Of a stretch of DNA of 64,000 nt, positions 45,688 to 56,164 are shown one piece after another. The translations under genes were made by a program, and so were the position numbers. Positions within the stretch are counted from its first letter, which is position 1, and each line of letters opens with the position of its first letter. Below the pieces are notes generated by a model, which ran no database searches, had not been told where the DNA came from, and worked only from the letters and a program-made list of their open reading frames with translations. Origin of the DNA: Nibricoccus sp. (GTDB lineage: Bacteria > Verrucomicrobiota > Verrucomicrobiia > Opitutales > Opitutaceae); assembly GCA_047602425.1 (NCBI GenBank), contig JASGHG010000001.1, forward strand, positions 2,656,001-2,720,000, written 5' to 3'.

Positions 45688-45953
45688 ATATCAGAATGAA
45701 TGCCGCTGCGTCCCCCGCCGTTCCCGACCATCGAGTTTCAAACCGCCACTGAACATCCGCTCACCGACAATTTCCGTGCCGGGGATGCCGACGACATGCG
45801 AACAGGCTGGTTGGATCGTCGATCGCAGGCAAGGCCGCAAAACGCCGTTATTTTGCAGCCGGAGTGCGCGTTGGGCGAAATTTAGGAAACAATTTTGCGT
45901 CCATCGCGTCTCTTGACGAGGTGCATGCTCCCTGTAGATTGACCGTCCACCCC

Positions 45954-46562
45954 ATGAAAATCACCCGCGATATTTCCCGTATTGCCGGCCTGTTGCTCGC
46001 CCTCGGCTTGGCCACATCGCTGAATCGGGTGCATGGGGAAGTGATGAGCATCTCCACGAACTCGCCCTTTCTCCTTCGTTCAGGCGCGGGTGTCGCGCCG
46101 ACCACGGAAAATACGCCCGTCGAATTGTACGGAATCATCAAAGGCGAAGCAGGCTCCAGCCCGCAGTTTGCTTTTTATGACGCGACCAAAAAGCAGGGTG
46201 GTTGGGCTAAGTTGAACGAACCCAACAAGGATTTTCCGATCACGGTGCGCAACTACGACGCGGCCAACGAAGTTGTCTCCGTCGAATATCAAGGACGTTC
46301 GCTGAATCTTCAGCTAAAAAGCATCAAGATCGCTGCCGCGCCGGCCATGGCGATGGCAGGGCCGCCGCGTCCCGTGCCCATGCCTGGCCAGCCAGCCGTA
46401 GCGCAAGCGCCCTCGGCTGACGATACCCGCCGTCTTGAAGCGGTGGCAGCGGAAGTTGCCCGGCGTCGTCAGGCCCGACAAGCCGCCGCCCAGCAGCAGC
46501 CGCAACCTCCGGCCCAGCCACCGCCGCAGGTCACGCCCAACGTGCCGAACCGGCAGCGTTAA
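45954..46562 (+). CDS. Exported hypothetical protein with Pro/Gln-rich C-terminus
   Basis: N-terminal hydrophobic segment; sigma70-like TTGACG-N16-TAGATT at 45913-45940. Confidence 0.7.
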   Translation: MKITRDISRIAGLLLALGLATSLNRVHGEVMSISTNSPFLLRSGAGVAPTTENTPVELYGIIKGEAGSSPQFAFYDATKKQGGWAKLNEPNKDFPITVRNYDAANEVVSVEYQGRSLNLQLKSIKIAAAPAMAMAGPPRPVPMPGQPAVAQAPSADDTRRLEAVAAEVARRRQARQAAAQQQPQPPAQPPPQVTPNVPNRQR

Positions 46563-46615
46563 GTTATTTCGGTCGCTTGGTTGCGGTCCGTGCGCGGATG
46601 GTTTTTATGGGCGCG

Positions 46616-47365
46616 ATGAGGTGTTTTCTTCTGACGTTCACCCTGTTGGTTGTTGCCAATTTCCTGCGCGCACAAGGGAGCCCGCCATTTTTCACGGACG
46701 ATACCGCAACCGTTTCCAAGCGACAATGGGAGCTCGATCTCGGTTTTTCAACGGACCGCAGCCGCACAGGCGATCATTCGTGGACGGCGCCATCGGTCGA
46801 TCTGGCCTTTGGGCTGACCGACGCGCTTGAGCTGGACTACGGCACGAGTTGGCTGGGCCTCCATCCCGTCGACGAAGCATCGAGAAGTGGCTTGGGAAAT
46901 TCCGTCGCGGGCGTGAAGTGGCGTTTTTTTGAGGACGAGGCGTCGGGATTTTCCCTCGCGGTGAGCCCGCATGCCGAATTCAACAACCGGGCTTCGTCGC
47001 ACCGCCGTGGCTTGGTGGAAAAAGGCACCGAATTCGTGCTGCCTTTTCAAGTGGCGAAGACTTTTGGCGACATCACGACCGCTCTCAATGTCGGTCGCAG
47101 TTTCCATTCGCGTGATCGGCGCGAATCTGATGGCTGGCTCGCCGGCATCGCGGCGGGGCGCAAAATTTCGGAAAACCTGTGCGCGGGCTTCGAAGTTTAC
47201 GGCGAAACGTCGCGACGTTTTGATCGCGGATGGATGGTCTTCAATATGGGTGCGTACTATCAGGTGAACGATTGGCTGTCGTTTTCCGCATCGGCCGGCC
47301 GCGGTTTTGCAGGAGCAGACCGGCCCGATTACGTGGCGTTTTTGGGCGTGCAGCTCTTGCGTTAA
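46616..47365 (+). CDS. Putative outer-membrane beta-barrel 'transporter' protein
   Basis: Signal peptide; PPFFTDD, G.G....GVKWRF, alternating amphipathic strands. Confidence 0.7.
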   Translation: MRCFLLTFTLLVVANFLRAQGSPPFFTDDTATVSKRQWELDLGFSTDRSRTGDHSWTAPSVDLAFGLTDALELDYGTSWLGLHPVDEASRSGLGNSVAGVKWRFFEDEASGFSLAVSPHAEFNNRASSHRRGLVEKGTEFVLPFQVAKTFGDITTALNVGRSFHSRDRRESDGWLAGIAAGRKISENLCAGFEVYGETSRRFDRGWMVFNMGAYYQVNDWLSFSASAGRGFAGADRPDYVAFLGVQLLR

Positions 47366-47434
47366 GGACGGCTTCGGAATGTCCGGAGAAAACGCGTGTA
47401 TACGGCGGGCGCATCGCTACGCTGCTGAACGATC

Positions 47435-49330
47435 ATGGCTGCGCCGACCACAAACGATATTCCCAGCACGCTTTCAAACTGGGCGTTGGTTCGGCGGCTT
47501 TTCGGACTGGCTTGGATGTACCGTGCACGCTGTTTGCAGGTGCTCGGGCTGCAACTGGTGTTGCTCACCTTCGGCTTGAGCGGTCTCAGCCTCACCGGGC
47601 TGGGCATCGACTACATCCGGCATATTCTTTCTCAACGCGGTACAATCGCGCCTGGAGTTCCTTTTCCCGCGGGAAAATTTGGGCTGAATTTGCCCGCGAA
47701 TTGGGAGCCGAGCCACGTGTTGCTCCTTATCGCGGGCGGTATCCTCGGACTGGCGCTGATGCGCGCGGCGCTCAACTATGTTTACACCATTTCCATCAAT
47801 TTGCTGGTTCAGCAAAAGCTCGTGGTCGACCTGCGCGGCGAAATCTACGACAAGCTTCAGCGGTTGAGTTTTCGATTTTTCGATGCCAACACCACGGGCT
47901 CGATCATCACGCGCGTGACGGGCGACGTGCAATCGGTCCGCATGTTCCTGGACCAAGTGCTGATCCAGAGCGTGATCATGGTGATTTCGCTCACGGTGTA
48001 CGTGATCTACATGAGCCACCTTCACGCCGGGCTCACGCTTTCATGTCTTGCCACCACGCCGCTGTTGTTGGTTCTGGCTACCCGTTTTTCCCGCCGGATC
48101 CAGCCGGCTTATGCGCAAAATCGCACGTTGGTCGAAAAGATGGTGCAAAACCTCACCGAAAGCGTGCAGGGCATACAGGTCACCAAGGGTTTCGGCCGTG
48201 AGCGCGAGGACCGCGAGCGTTTCGAAAGCAGCAACCGCGAAGTTTTCGTCCAGCAACGGAGTATTTTCTGGCAGGTGAGTTTGTTCAGCCCGACGGTCGG
48301 CTTTCTCACGCGGGTCAACATGATGGTTCTGCTCGGTTATGGCGGCTGGCTCGTGACGCAAGGCCAGTTGCCCTTCGGCGGCGGATTGGTGGTTTTCGCT
48401 GGTTTGCTCGAACAATTTTCCGGACAGGTCAACCAGGTGGCGACGCTCGCCAACAGCGTGCAGCAGTCGCTCATCGGAGCGCGGCGTGTCTTTGAAATTC
48501 TCGACGCGCCGGTTGAAGTGCAAAATTCGCCCAAGGCGATTCGTCGACAGCGATTGGAGGGGGCGGTTCGCTTCGAAAATGTTTCGTTTTCCTATGCCGG
48601 CACGCATGAGGTGGTGCGCAACATCGATCTGGAAGTGAAGCCCGGCCAGTGCGTCGCGATCCTGGGTGCGACCGGCGCAGGTAAAAGTGTTTTGATGAGT
48701 CTGATCCCGCGATTCTTTGACGTAACATCCGGTCGGATCGAAATCGATGGCATCGATGTGCGGAAATTGAACCTCGACGACCTGCGGCGAAACATCGGAC
48801 TCGTTTTCCAGGAAAGTTTCCTCTTCAGCCACACCGTTGCGGCCAACATCGCCTTCGGGCATCCCGAGGCGACCCAGGCGCAGATCGAGAAGGCGGCACG
48901 CATCGCGGCGGCGCACGATTTCATTATGGCTCTGCCGAAAGGTTATGAAACCGTGCTCGGCGAGAGCGGCATGAGCCTCTCCGGCGGCCAGCGCCAGCGG
49001 CTGGCGATCGCGCGTGCGGTGCTGTTGGAGCCGTCGATATTGCTGCTCGACGACCCGACAGCCGCGATCGACTCGCAGACCGAACATGAAATTTTTGAGG
49101 CGTTGGAAAATGCCATCGCCGGCCGCACGACCTTTATTGTCGCGCACCGGCTCAGCACCCTGCGACGCGCGGATTTTATCATCGTGATGGAAAACGGCCG
49201 CATCGTTCAGACCGGCAGGCATGAAGAATTGATGCGCGTTCCGGGCCCGTACTTGCACGTGGCGAATTTGCAGCTGGTCGACGGCCGAGATCTGCAGGCG
49301 GCCGCCACAACCGGGGAGGGTGCGAAATGA
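47435..49330 (+). CDS. ABC exporter half-transporter (TMD+NBD), degenerate Walker B
   Basis: GATGAGKS, LSGGQ, LLLDD. Confidence 0.95.
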   Translation: MAAPTTNDIPSTLSNWALVRRLFGLAWMYRARCLQVLGLQLVLLTFGLSGLSLTGLGIDYIRHILSQRGTIAPGVPFPAGKFGLNLPANWEPSHVLLLIAGGILGLALMRAALNYVYTISINLLVQQKLVVDLRGEIYDKLQRLSFRFFDANTTGSIITRVTGDVQSVRMFLDQVLIQSVIMVISLTVYVIYMSHLHAGLTLSCLATTPLLLVLATRFSRRIQPAYAQNRTLVEKMVQNLTESVQGIQVTKGFGREREDRERFESSNREVFVQQRSIFWQVSLFSPTVGFLTRVNMMVLLGYGGWLVTQGQLPFGGGLVVFAGLLEQFSGQVNQVATLANSVQQSLIGARRVFEILDAPVEVQNSPKAIRRQRLEGAVRFENVSFSYAGTHEVVRNIDLEVKPGQCVAILGATGAGKSVLMSLIPRFFDVTSGRIEIDGIDVRKLNLDDLRRNIGLVFQESFLFSHTVAANIAFGHPEATQAQIEKAARIAAAHDFIMALPKGYETVLGESGMSLSGGQRQRLAIARAVLLEPSILLLDDPTAAIDSQTEHEIFEALENAIAGRTTFIVAHRLSTLRRADFIIVMENGRIVQTGRHEELMRVPGPYLHVANLQLVDGRDLQAAATTGEGAK

Positions 49331-51204
49331 AACCACCGGCCACCACCAAAGATGCGGGCGTGCCCATGCTTGTGCAGCGGTTGCGCGACGAGGATGACGA
49401 CGAGCCGCAGTTCAAGCCGCTGGAATGGGGCATCATTCGCCGGTTGATTGGTTACACGCGGTTGCATGGCGCGAAGCGGAACTGGCTCGTGATCCTCACG
49501 ATCATGCGTGCCGCGCAATTGCCCTCGCTCGTCTGGCTCGGCGCCGAAATTATCACCGGCCCGATCGCGGGGCATGAAACCAGCCGGCTTTTCTGGTGGA
49601 TCGCCGGCTACTTTGCCCTCGCTGTATTTACGGACGGATGTTTCCACTTCCGCCAGCGCTTCGCACTCGAATTGGGCGAGCTGATGGTGAATCACCTCCG
49701 CTCGGAAATATTTTCGCACGTGCAGCGCATGCCGATGAGTTTTTTTCATCGCGTGAAGCTCGGACGCATCATCAGCCGCGTGACGTCCGATATCGAGGCG
49801 ATCCGACTGGGCGTGCAGGATTCGCTTTTCGTCAGCATCGTGCAGATCGGCCAGATGTTTTTTGTCGGTGGCGTCATGTTGTGGCTGAACTGGCGGCTCT
49901 TTTGCATCGTGCTGGCGCTCGCACCGGTGCTTTGGTCGATCAACCGCCGTTTTCGCATGCGACTGAGCCGCGACTCGCGGGCGGCGCAGGAAAGTTTCAG
50001 TCGGGTAACGGCCACGCTTGCCGAGTCGGTCAATGGCATCCGGGTAACGCAGAGTTTCGTGCGGCAGGAAACGAACGCGGGACTTTTTCGCCGTCTGCTG
50101 GCCGATCATTCGCGTTACAGCATCGCGCTGGCGCGGACCTCGGCCGTGCTCACGCCGTTGCTGGAATTGAACAGCCAGTTCTTCGTGGCGATCCTATTGA
50201 CCGTCGGCGGCTGGGGCGTGCTCCATCACGGTGGCGATATTGGCGTGCTGATTAAGTTCTTCCTGCTGGCGAACATGTTTTTTGCCCCGATCCAAGTGCT
50301 CGGCAACCAGTACACGCAGGCGCTGATTGCGATGGCCGGCGCGGAGCGCGTCTTTCGTTTGCTCGACATGAAGCCCGACTGGCAGGATGCGCCGGATGCG
50401 GTGGATCTTCCGGATCCGCGGGTGAACCTCAAAACGCCAAAGGAACAAACGGCAAAAAACACCGGAGCCAAGGTGGAGTTTCGCAACGTGTCGTTTGGTT
50501 ATGAACTCGGCCGGCCGGTGCTGCGTGAGATCAGCTTTTCGATGGAACCCGGCCGCATGGTCGCCTTGGTCGGCCACACCGGCAGCGGCAAAAGCACGAT
50601 CGTCAATCTTGTATCCAAGTTCTACCTACCGAGCGAGGGAGAGTTGTTCATCGACGATCGCGAGGTGCGCACGCTGACGAGTCATTCGTTGCACCGGCAG
50701 ATGGGCATGGTGCAGCAGCAGAATTTTCTCTTTGCCGGCACGGTGCTCGACAACATCCGGCTGGGCCGCCCCGAGGCGACCGATGACGAGGTGCGCGACG
50801 CGGCCCGCCGATTGGATTGTCTCGATTTGCTTGAGGCCTTGCCGCAAGGGCTGCTCACCGAGGTGGGCGAGAGGGGAGGCGGGCTTTCCGTGGGACAGCG
50901 GCAGCTCGTGTGTTTCACGCGGGCGCTGCTGGCCGATCCCCGCATCCTGATTTTGGACGAGGCGACGAGTTCGATCGACGCCATAACCGAGGCACGTCTC
51001 CAAAAGGCGCTGGTGGCATTGTTGCGGGGCCGCACGAGTTTTGTCGTTGCCCACCGGTTAAGCACCATCCGGCACGCGGATCTCGTCTTGGTTCTTGATG
51101 GTGGTTTTATCGTCGAGCGGGGCACGCACGCGGAGCTGTTGTCGTTGAAAAAACATTACGCCGCGCTGCACCGGCAGTTCGTTCAGGTGGACGCGCAGCC
51201 CTGA
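49327..51204 (+). CDS. ABC exporter half-transporter (TMD+NBD), partner subunit
   Basis: GHTGSGKS, LSVGQ, LILDE; ATGA overlap. Confidence 0.95.
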   Translation: MKPPATTKDAGVPMLVQRLRDEDDDEPQFKPLEWGIIRRLIGYTRLHGAKRNWLVILTIMRAAQLPSLVWLGAEIITGPIAGHETSRLFWWIAGYFALAVFTDGCFHFRQRFALELGELMVNHLRSEIFSHVQRMPMSFFHRVKLGRIISRVTSDIEAIRLGVQDSLFVSIVQIGQMFFVGGVMLWLNWRLFCIVLALAPVLWSINRRFRMRLSRDSRAAQESFSRVTATLAESVNGIRVTQSFVRQETNAGLFRRLLADHSRYSIALARTSAVLTPLLELNSQFFVAILLTVGGWGVLHHGGDIGVLIKFFLLANMFFAPIQVLGNQYTQALIAMAGAERVFRLLDMKPDWQDAPDAVDLPDPRVNLKTPKEQTAKNTGAKVEFRNVSFGYELGRPVLREISFSMEPGRMVALVGHTGSGKSTIVNLVSKFYLPSEGELFIDDREVRTLTSHSLHRQMGMVQQQNFLFAGTVLDNIRLGRPEATDDEVRDAARRLDCLDLLEALPQGLLTEVGERGGGLSVGQRQLVCFTRALLADPRILILDEATSSIDAITEARLQKALVALLRGRTSFVVAHRLSTIRHADLVLVLDGGFIVERGTHAELLSLKKHYAALHRQFVQVDAQP

Positions 51205-51233
51205 GTCGCAGGGGAAGGCAAGCAGTTTTCGAG

Positions 51234-51271
51234 GATTTCTCCTCTGAAAAATGCGATTTCTCCTCTGAAAA
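51234..51271 (+). repeat. 17-bp direct repeat with 21-bp period
   Basis: GATTTCTCCTCTGAAAA at 51234-51250 and 51255-51271. Confidence 0.85.
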
Positions 51272-51315
51272 TTTCATTGCATTCGTAAAACGGTCCAGTA
51301 GACCCAAATTCCGTT

Positions 51316-51588
51316 ATGGCAAAAAAATCCGCTCGTAAACCCAACGCTGCATTCCTTAAGCCGGTTCAACCTGACGCCGACCTCGCGGTCATCGTCGGTT
51401 CGAAACCCCTTCCTCGTACGGAGCTCACCAAAAAGCTCTGGGACTATATCAAGAAAAATGGCCTTCAGGACAAGAAGGTGCGCACTCAGATCAACGCTGA
51501 CGACAAGCTGAAGCCCGTTCTCAACGGCAAGAAGTCCGTTAGCATGTTCGAGCTCACCAAGCTCGTCTCTGGCCATTTGGTCAAGTAA
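51316..51588 (+). CDS. Stand-alone SWIB/MDM2-domain protein
   Basis: LA.IVG..PLPRTE.TKKLWDYIK..GLQD....I.AD.KL ... MFE.TK.VS.HL. Confidence 0.92.
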   Translation: MAKKSARKPNAAFLKPVQPDADLAVIVGSKPLPRTELTKKLWDYIKKNGLQDKKVRTQINADDKLKPVLNGKKSVSMFELTKLVSGHLVK

Positions 51589-51615
51589 GACAACACCCCA
51601 AAGTTTTTAGACTTT

Positions 51616-51648
51616 AAGCCGTCGCGAATTCGTTCGCGGCGGCTTTTT
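51616..51648 (+). terminator. Intrinsic terminator after SWIB gene
   Basis: AAGCCGTCGCGAA-TTCG-TTCGCGGCGGCTTTTT. Confidence 0.85.
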
Positions 51649-51876
51649 CGTTTTTGGAGCAAGCAAATGGAACGGTTGCGACGGGGCGATCGACCGAACA
51701 GGACGCAGTTTGATGCAGCAGCGGGCGCTCAACGCGATCTTGGAAGGCCAAGGCGGTGCATTACCCGGTAAAATTCGTCAAATACTGGTAACTTATTCGT
51801 TAGAAATGCCTTCGGCCGTGTGTTAGTTTGCGTGCTGGATACCGTGGACTATTCCACACCCAGCCTTGATCAGGTC

Positions 51877-54042
51877 ATGACCCTTCCCCCCAACCGGCTG
51901 AAACTTTTGCTCTCTTGGAGCGGCTTGGTGCTGCTCTGGTTGGTTGTCGGCTTGTGGGCGGCTTCGGCGGCACAGGTTTCCACCTTTTGGTTTGTGATCC
52001 TGGTCTGGCTGTTGCTCGGGGTGCCGCTCGCGACTTGGGCTTGGTTGTATCAACGCTCGGAAGCCGATGCTTTTGTCCGAAAGCTTTATGGCGCAATTGA
52101 GCAGAGCGAATCGGCGACGCTGATTGTCGATTTGGAGAACCGCATCGAATACGCCAACGATGGCATTTGTCGCCAGACGGGTTACTCGCGCGAGGAACTG
52201 ATCGGGCGGGCTTGGTGGGATTTCCGCAGCGAAAAAAAACTTCCCGTCGAAGTCGCCGAAATCACGGCTCGCGTGAAAGTGGGTCTTTCGTGGGAAGGGC
52301 AGGTAATGAATTCGCGAAAGGATGGTCAGACCTATCCAGCCCGCGCCGTCGTTTCGCCGGTGAGAGCCTCGGATGGGAAGGTCGCGGGTTTCATCGCGGT
52401 CTTCACCGACATGACGGATTCGTTGCGCAAAGAGCGCGAGTTACGCGATGCGAAGGAGCAGGCCGAAACAGCCGATCAGGCCAAAGGTCGTTTTCTCGCC
52501 ACCATGAGCCACGAAGTTCGCACGCCGCTGAACGGCATCGTCGGCTTCACGAGCCTGCTGCTCGACACGAAACTGACGCCTGAACAACGCGAGTACGTGC
52601 AGACCATCCGCAATAGCGGCGAGGCGTTGATTCATCTCACGGGAGATATTCTGGACTTTTCGCGCATGGAATCGGGCAAGCTTCAACTCGATGCCATGCC
52701 CTGTGACGTGCGGGCCAACGTCGAAGACGCGCTCGATCTCTTTGGAAATCGCGCCGCGGAAAACGGCGTGCAGTTGCTCCATTGGATCGAACCCGATGTG
52801 CCTTCGCAGCTCGTGATCGATGGCGGACGGTTGCGGCAAGTGGTGATCAATCTTGTGGGCAACGCCGTAAAATTCACCGCCAAGGGCGAGATCGAGGTGA
52901 CCGTGCGCAAGTTGACGGGCAAGTCCGTCTCGGTCGCACCCTTTGACGATGTTGCACACGGCCAGATGGTGGCAGAATTTGACGATGGCGGTTTGACCTT
53001 GGAATTCGAAGTGCGCGACACCGGCATCGGCATTGCGCCGGAGGATAGCCAGAAACTTTTCCGTCCCTTCACGCAGCTCGATGCGTCGACGGTTCGGCGT
53101 TACGGCGGTGCGGGCCTCGGCTTGGCGATTTCGCGCCAACTCGTGCGTTTGATGGGTGGCGATATTCGCGTGGAAAGCGAATTGGGACGCGGTTCGAAAT
53201 TTATTTTCACCGTCCGTGCGCGTCCCGCGGGCTCGGAGCCGGAGGTGGTTCCTGACAGCCGACTTTCCGGACGGCGGGTTGCGCTGATCGTCACCCATCC
53301 CGGACTGCGCGCCGAAGTTGGACATTTGTTGCGATTGGCCGGAGCCAAAGTGCTGGACTACACTTTGGACCAATTGCCCTCGGCCGGCTGGGATCTGGCG
53401 GTCGCGGATTGCGATGCCGTGTTATTGGAAAAGGCGGGCACACCCGTCCTCAATCAGCATCCGTCCGAGCGGTTGATCGGCCTTGTAGCGATCAATCTGA
53501 ACGCCACGCAACGCCAGGCGCTGCGTCACAATTTCCATCTTCTGCTGAACCGGCCCGTCCATCATCGCACCTTCCTCGATTTGCTGGCCAAGGCGGCGGA
53601 CGGCCTCACGAGCCGCACGCGTCCACCGGTTTCGCCCGTGGCCAGCGGACTCACGGTTCTCGTGGCAGAGGACGAATCGGTATTGCAACGACTTCTCGTC
53701 AGCACCCTGACGACGCTTGGCTGTAATTGCCGGTTCGTTGCCGAGGGTCGCGCCTGTTTGGAAGAAGTGAAAGCGGGCGGTTGCGACGTGGTCTTGATGG
53801 ATTTGCACATGCCGGAAGTCGATGGACTCACCGCGGTGAAACAAATTCGTGCCGGCGAGGCGGGTGAAGCGATGCGCGACATTTGGATTATCGCGATTAC
53901 TGCCGATCATCGCATCGAAATGCGCGAAATGGCGCTGGCGGCGGGCGTGAACGATTTTCTGGCCAAGCCGGTCAAGCTACCCGACCTCGAAGAGGCGCTC
54001 CGCCGTTATAAAGTGGCGCCGGCCGGACGAGTATCGGGCTGA
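51877..54042 (+). CDS. Membrane-bound hybrid sensor histidine kinase (2 TM-PAS-HisKA-HATPase-degenerate REC-REC)
   Basis: MSHEVRTPLNG, NLVGNAVKFT, DTGIG, GAGLGL, VLMDLHMPEVDG, LAKP. Confidence 0.93.
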   Translation: MTLPPNRLKLLLSWSGLVLLWLVVGLWAASAAQVSTFWFVILVWLLLGVPLATWAWLYQRSEADAFVRKLYGAIEQSESATLIVDLENRIEYANDGICRQTGYSREELIGRAWWDFRSEKKLPVEVAEITARVKVGLSWEGQVMNSRKDGQTYPARAVVSPVRASDGKVAGFIAVFTDMTDSLRKERELRDAKEQAETADQAKGRFLATMSHEVRTPLNGIVGFTSLLLDTKLTPEQREYVQTIRNSGEALIHLTGDILDFSRMESGKLQLDAMPCDVRANVEDALDLFGNRAAENGVQLLHWIEPDVPSQLVIDGGRLRQVVINLVGNAVKFTAKGEIEVTVRKLTGKSVSVAPFDDVAHGQMVAEFDDGGLTLEFEVRDTGIGIAPEDSQKLFRPFTQLDASTVRRYGGAGLGLAISRQLVRLMGGDIRVESELGRGSKFIFTVRARPAGSEPEVVPDSRLSGRRVALIVTHPGLRAEVGHLLRLAGAKVLDYTLDQLPSAGWDLAVADCDAVLLEKAGTPVLNQHPSERLIGLVAINLNATQRQALRHNFHLLLNRPVHHRTFLDLLAKAADGLTSRTRPPVSPVASGLTVLVAEDESVLQRLLVSTLTTLGCNCRFVAEGRACLEEVKAGGCDVVLMDLHMPEVDGLTAVKQIRAGEAGEAMRDIWIIAITADHRIEMREMALAAGVNDFLAKPVKLPDLEEALRRYKVAPAGRVSG

Positions 54043-54066
54043 GCGCGGCTCTTGTTACGGGGGGAA

Positions 54067-54539
54067 TTATTTCGTTCCGGGAACCGGGCCGTATTTATTC
54101 GGACCTTTGTCGCTGCGACCGAAGAGCAGAATGACCAGGCCAAAAATGATGAATACACTGAAGACTCCCCACCACCCGTTGTGACCCATGTCCCGAGCTC
54201 GTTTGCCTGCGGAGACGAACAACACGAATAACCCTAAACAATACGAGATCACAACGAGCGGCAAAGCGGGCGCCGAAGAGGGACTTAAAATCGCCGGGAC
54301 GAATCTGAAAGCCAGGCTCACGGCGAAAAGCACGGCGAAATCGGCGCGCGTGATGCGATGATGCAAAGAAAACATCGTTGAAACGAGGAAGGAGCGGCGG
54401 AATTGCCAAATGATTCGGCCAGGCGCTCTTCGTCGGATTGCACGAGGACGACACTTTCAGGCCGCATGGTGAAGCATCCGCCGCAAATGCCGCTCACTTC
54501 TTTGTTTTCGTTACCGCATTTCGGGCAAAGCCAGATCAT
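54067..54539 (-). pseudogene. Zinc-ribbon + DUF805 membrane protein, apparently split by a one-base deletion
   Basis: CPKC-X10-CGGC ORF overlaps the DUF805 ORF (FS...RI.R..F, KR.RD.G.NGWW, GPNKYG). Adding one base to the A-run at 54381-54383 fuses them. Confidence 0.65.
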
Positions 54540-54571
54540 AAGTTTGGGGCGTTATGAATGGTTTTACTGCC

Positions 54572-56059
54572 TCAACCCGTCGAAAGCGCCGCTTCGATTT
54601 GTTTGGCGGCGGTTTTTAGGATGGTGAGGCGGGCGTGGCGTTTATTGTTGGCGGGGATCAAATGCCACGGGGCGTTGGGCTTGTCGGTGAGGGCAAGCAT
54701 GTCGCCCACGGCGGCTTCATAGCCGGCCCATTTGCGGCGGTTGCGCCAGTCCTCGGCGTTGATCTTGTGACGCTTGTAGGCGGTATGGGTTCGTTCGTTA
54801 AAGCGCCGCAATTGCTCCTGCTTGCTGATCTGTAGCCAAAATTTAACTACAATAATGCCGTGGTCGGTGAGTTGTTCCTCGAAATCGTTCATCTCGTCGT
54901 AGGAGCGCTTCCATTCCTCGGGCGTGGCAAAGCCTTCAAGGCGTTCGACGAGCACGCGGCCGTACCAAGAGCGATCGTAGATCGCGACTTTGCCCGCGCG
55001 GGGCACGTGACGCCAGAAGCGCCAGAGATAGTGGTGGGCTTTCTCCTCTTCGGTCGGTTTCGCCACGGGGATGACACGATAGTGGCGGGCATCGATCGCG
55101 CTCGTGAGGCGGCGAATGGCGCCACCCTTGCCGGCGGCGTCCCAACCTTCGAAGACAAAAACCACCGAGCGGCCGGCGGCTTGCGCGGCGCGTACGGATT
55201 GGTTCAGTCGGCCGAGCCATTTTTCGCGCTTCTCCTCGTACTCGTCGGCGGACAGCGACTGATCGAGCGGAAGAGCGCGCAGGCGTTGCAAGCCGCCGGG
55301 CCGGAGCGGATGGGAAACGTCGATCTTGGAGGTGGAGGAAGGTTTCTTTTTTATCCGCCGCAGATGGGCGTGAAAGTGGGTGAGGATGAGTTTTGCCACG
55401 GCGACATTGCGGGTGCGCTCATGTTCGGCATCGACAATGGTCCATTTGGCATCGGCGCAGTCGGTGGCTTTGATAATGCGGCGCGCGGTCCGGGCAATGC
55501 GGTCGTAGTTGCGGTAATGATACCAATCCTCGGGCGTGACGCGCCAAGCGGTTTCCGGAGTCGATTCAAGCGACTGAAGGCGTTCGCGCTGGGCGGATTT
55601 TGACAGGTGCAGCCAGACTTTGACGATAAGCGTATTATTGTCGGAGAGGAGCTTTTCGAAATGTTGGATGCGCTCGAGTTCGTGGCGGGTATCGCCAGCA
55701 GATTTCCGGCTGAAGGTTTCCTCGCGGAGGGCTTCGGTGTACCACGAACCAGCGTAGATGCCGATCCGGCCGTTGTTGGGCAGGCTGCGCCAGTAGCGCC
55801 ACATGAACGGACGTTCGCGTTCCTCGTCAGTGGGTTCCTGAATGGCGAAAGTTTCGAGGCCGCGGGGATCGAGCCAGCCGCTCAGCGTGTTAATAACATC
55901 GCCACGGCCGGCGCCTTCGAATCCGGCGATGATGAGAAGAATTTTAAACGGCGCTTCCTTTAGTGCGACCTGCAATTGAACAAGATCCTCGCGCAATTTG
56001 GGCACGCGGGCTTCATATTGCTTACGCGTGAGTCGGGTGTTGCTCGTGGGCTTGGGCAT
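54572..56059 (-). CDS. pap: Polyphosphate:AMP phosphotransferase (tandem PPK2 domains)
   Basis: Two PPK2 domains: GFEGAGRG/GSWY (degenerate) and FEGWDAAGKGG/DRSWYGRVLVER. Confidence 0.92.
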   Translation of the reverse strand: MPKPTSNTRLTRKQYEARVPKLREDLVQLQVALKEAPFKILLIIAGFEGAGRGDVINTLSGWLDPRGLETFAIQEPTDEERERPFMWRYWRSLPNNGRIGIYAGSWYTEALREETFSRKSAGDTRHELERIQHFEKLLSDNNTLIVKVWLHLSKSAQRERLQSLESTPETAWRVTPEDWYHYRNYDRIARTARRIIKATDCADAKWTIVDAEHERTRNVAVAKLILTHFHAHLRRIKKKPSSTSKIDVSHPLRPGGLQRLRALPLDQSLSADEYEEKREKWLGRLNQSVRAAQAAGRSVVFVFEGWDAAGKGGAIRRLTSAIDARHYRVIPVAKPTEEEKAHHYLWRFWRHVPRAGKVAIYDRSWYGRVLVERLEGFATPEEWKRSYDEMNDFEEQLTDHGIIVVKFWLQISKQEQLRRFNERTHTAYKRHKINAEDWRNRRKWAGYEAAVGDMLALTDKPNAPWHLIPANNKRHARLTILKTAAKQIEAALSTG

Positions 56060-56164
56060 GGCGGGCAGTTTTAGAGCACGCTGTGTGCGAGGCGAGCGGA
56101 GTTTTTAGAGAAGTTGTTTCAAACACGTGACAAATTCCGCCCGATCGGCGAGGCCGGGGTGTCG

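Noticed and set aside
47435..56059. Degenerate catalytic motifs in the ABC pair (LLLDD / LSVGQ) and the first PPK2 domain
   Set aside because: Expected features of heterodimeric ABC exporters and tandem PPK2 enzymes; not novel
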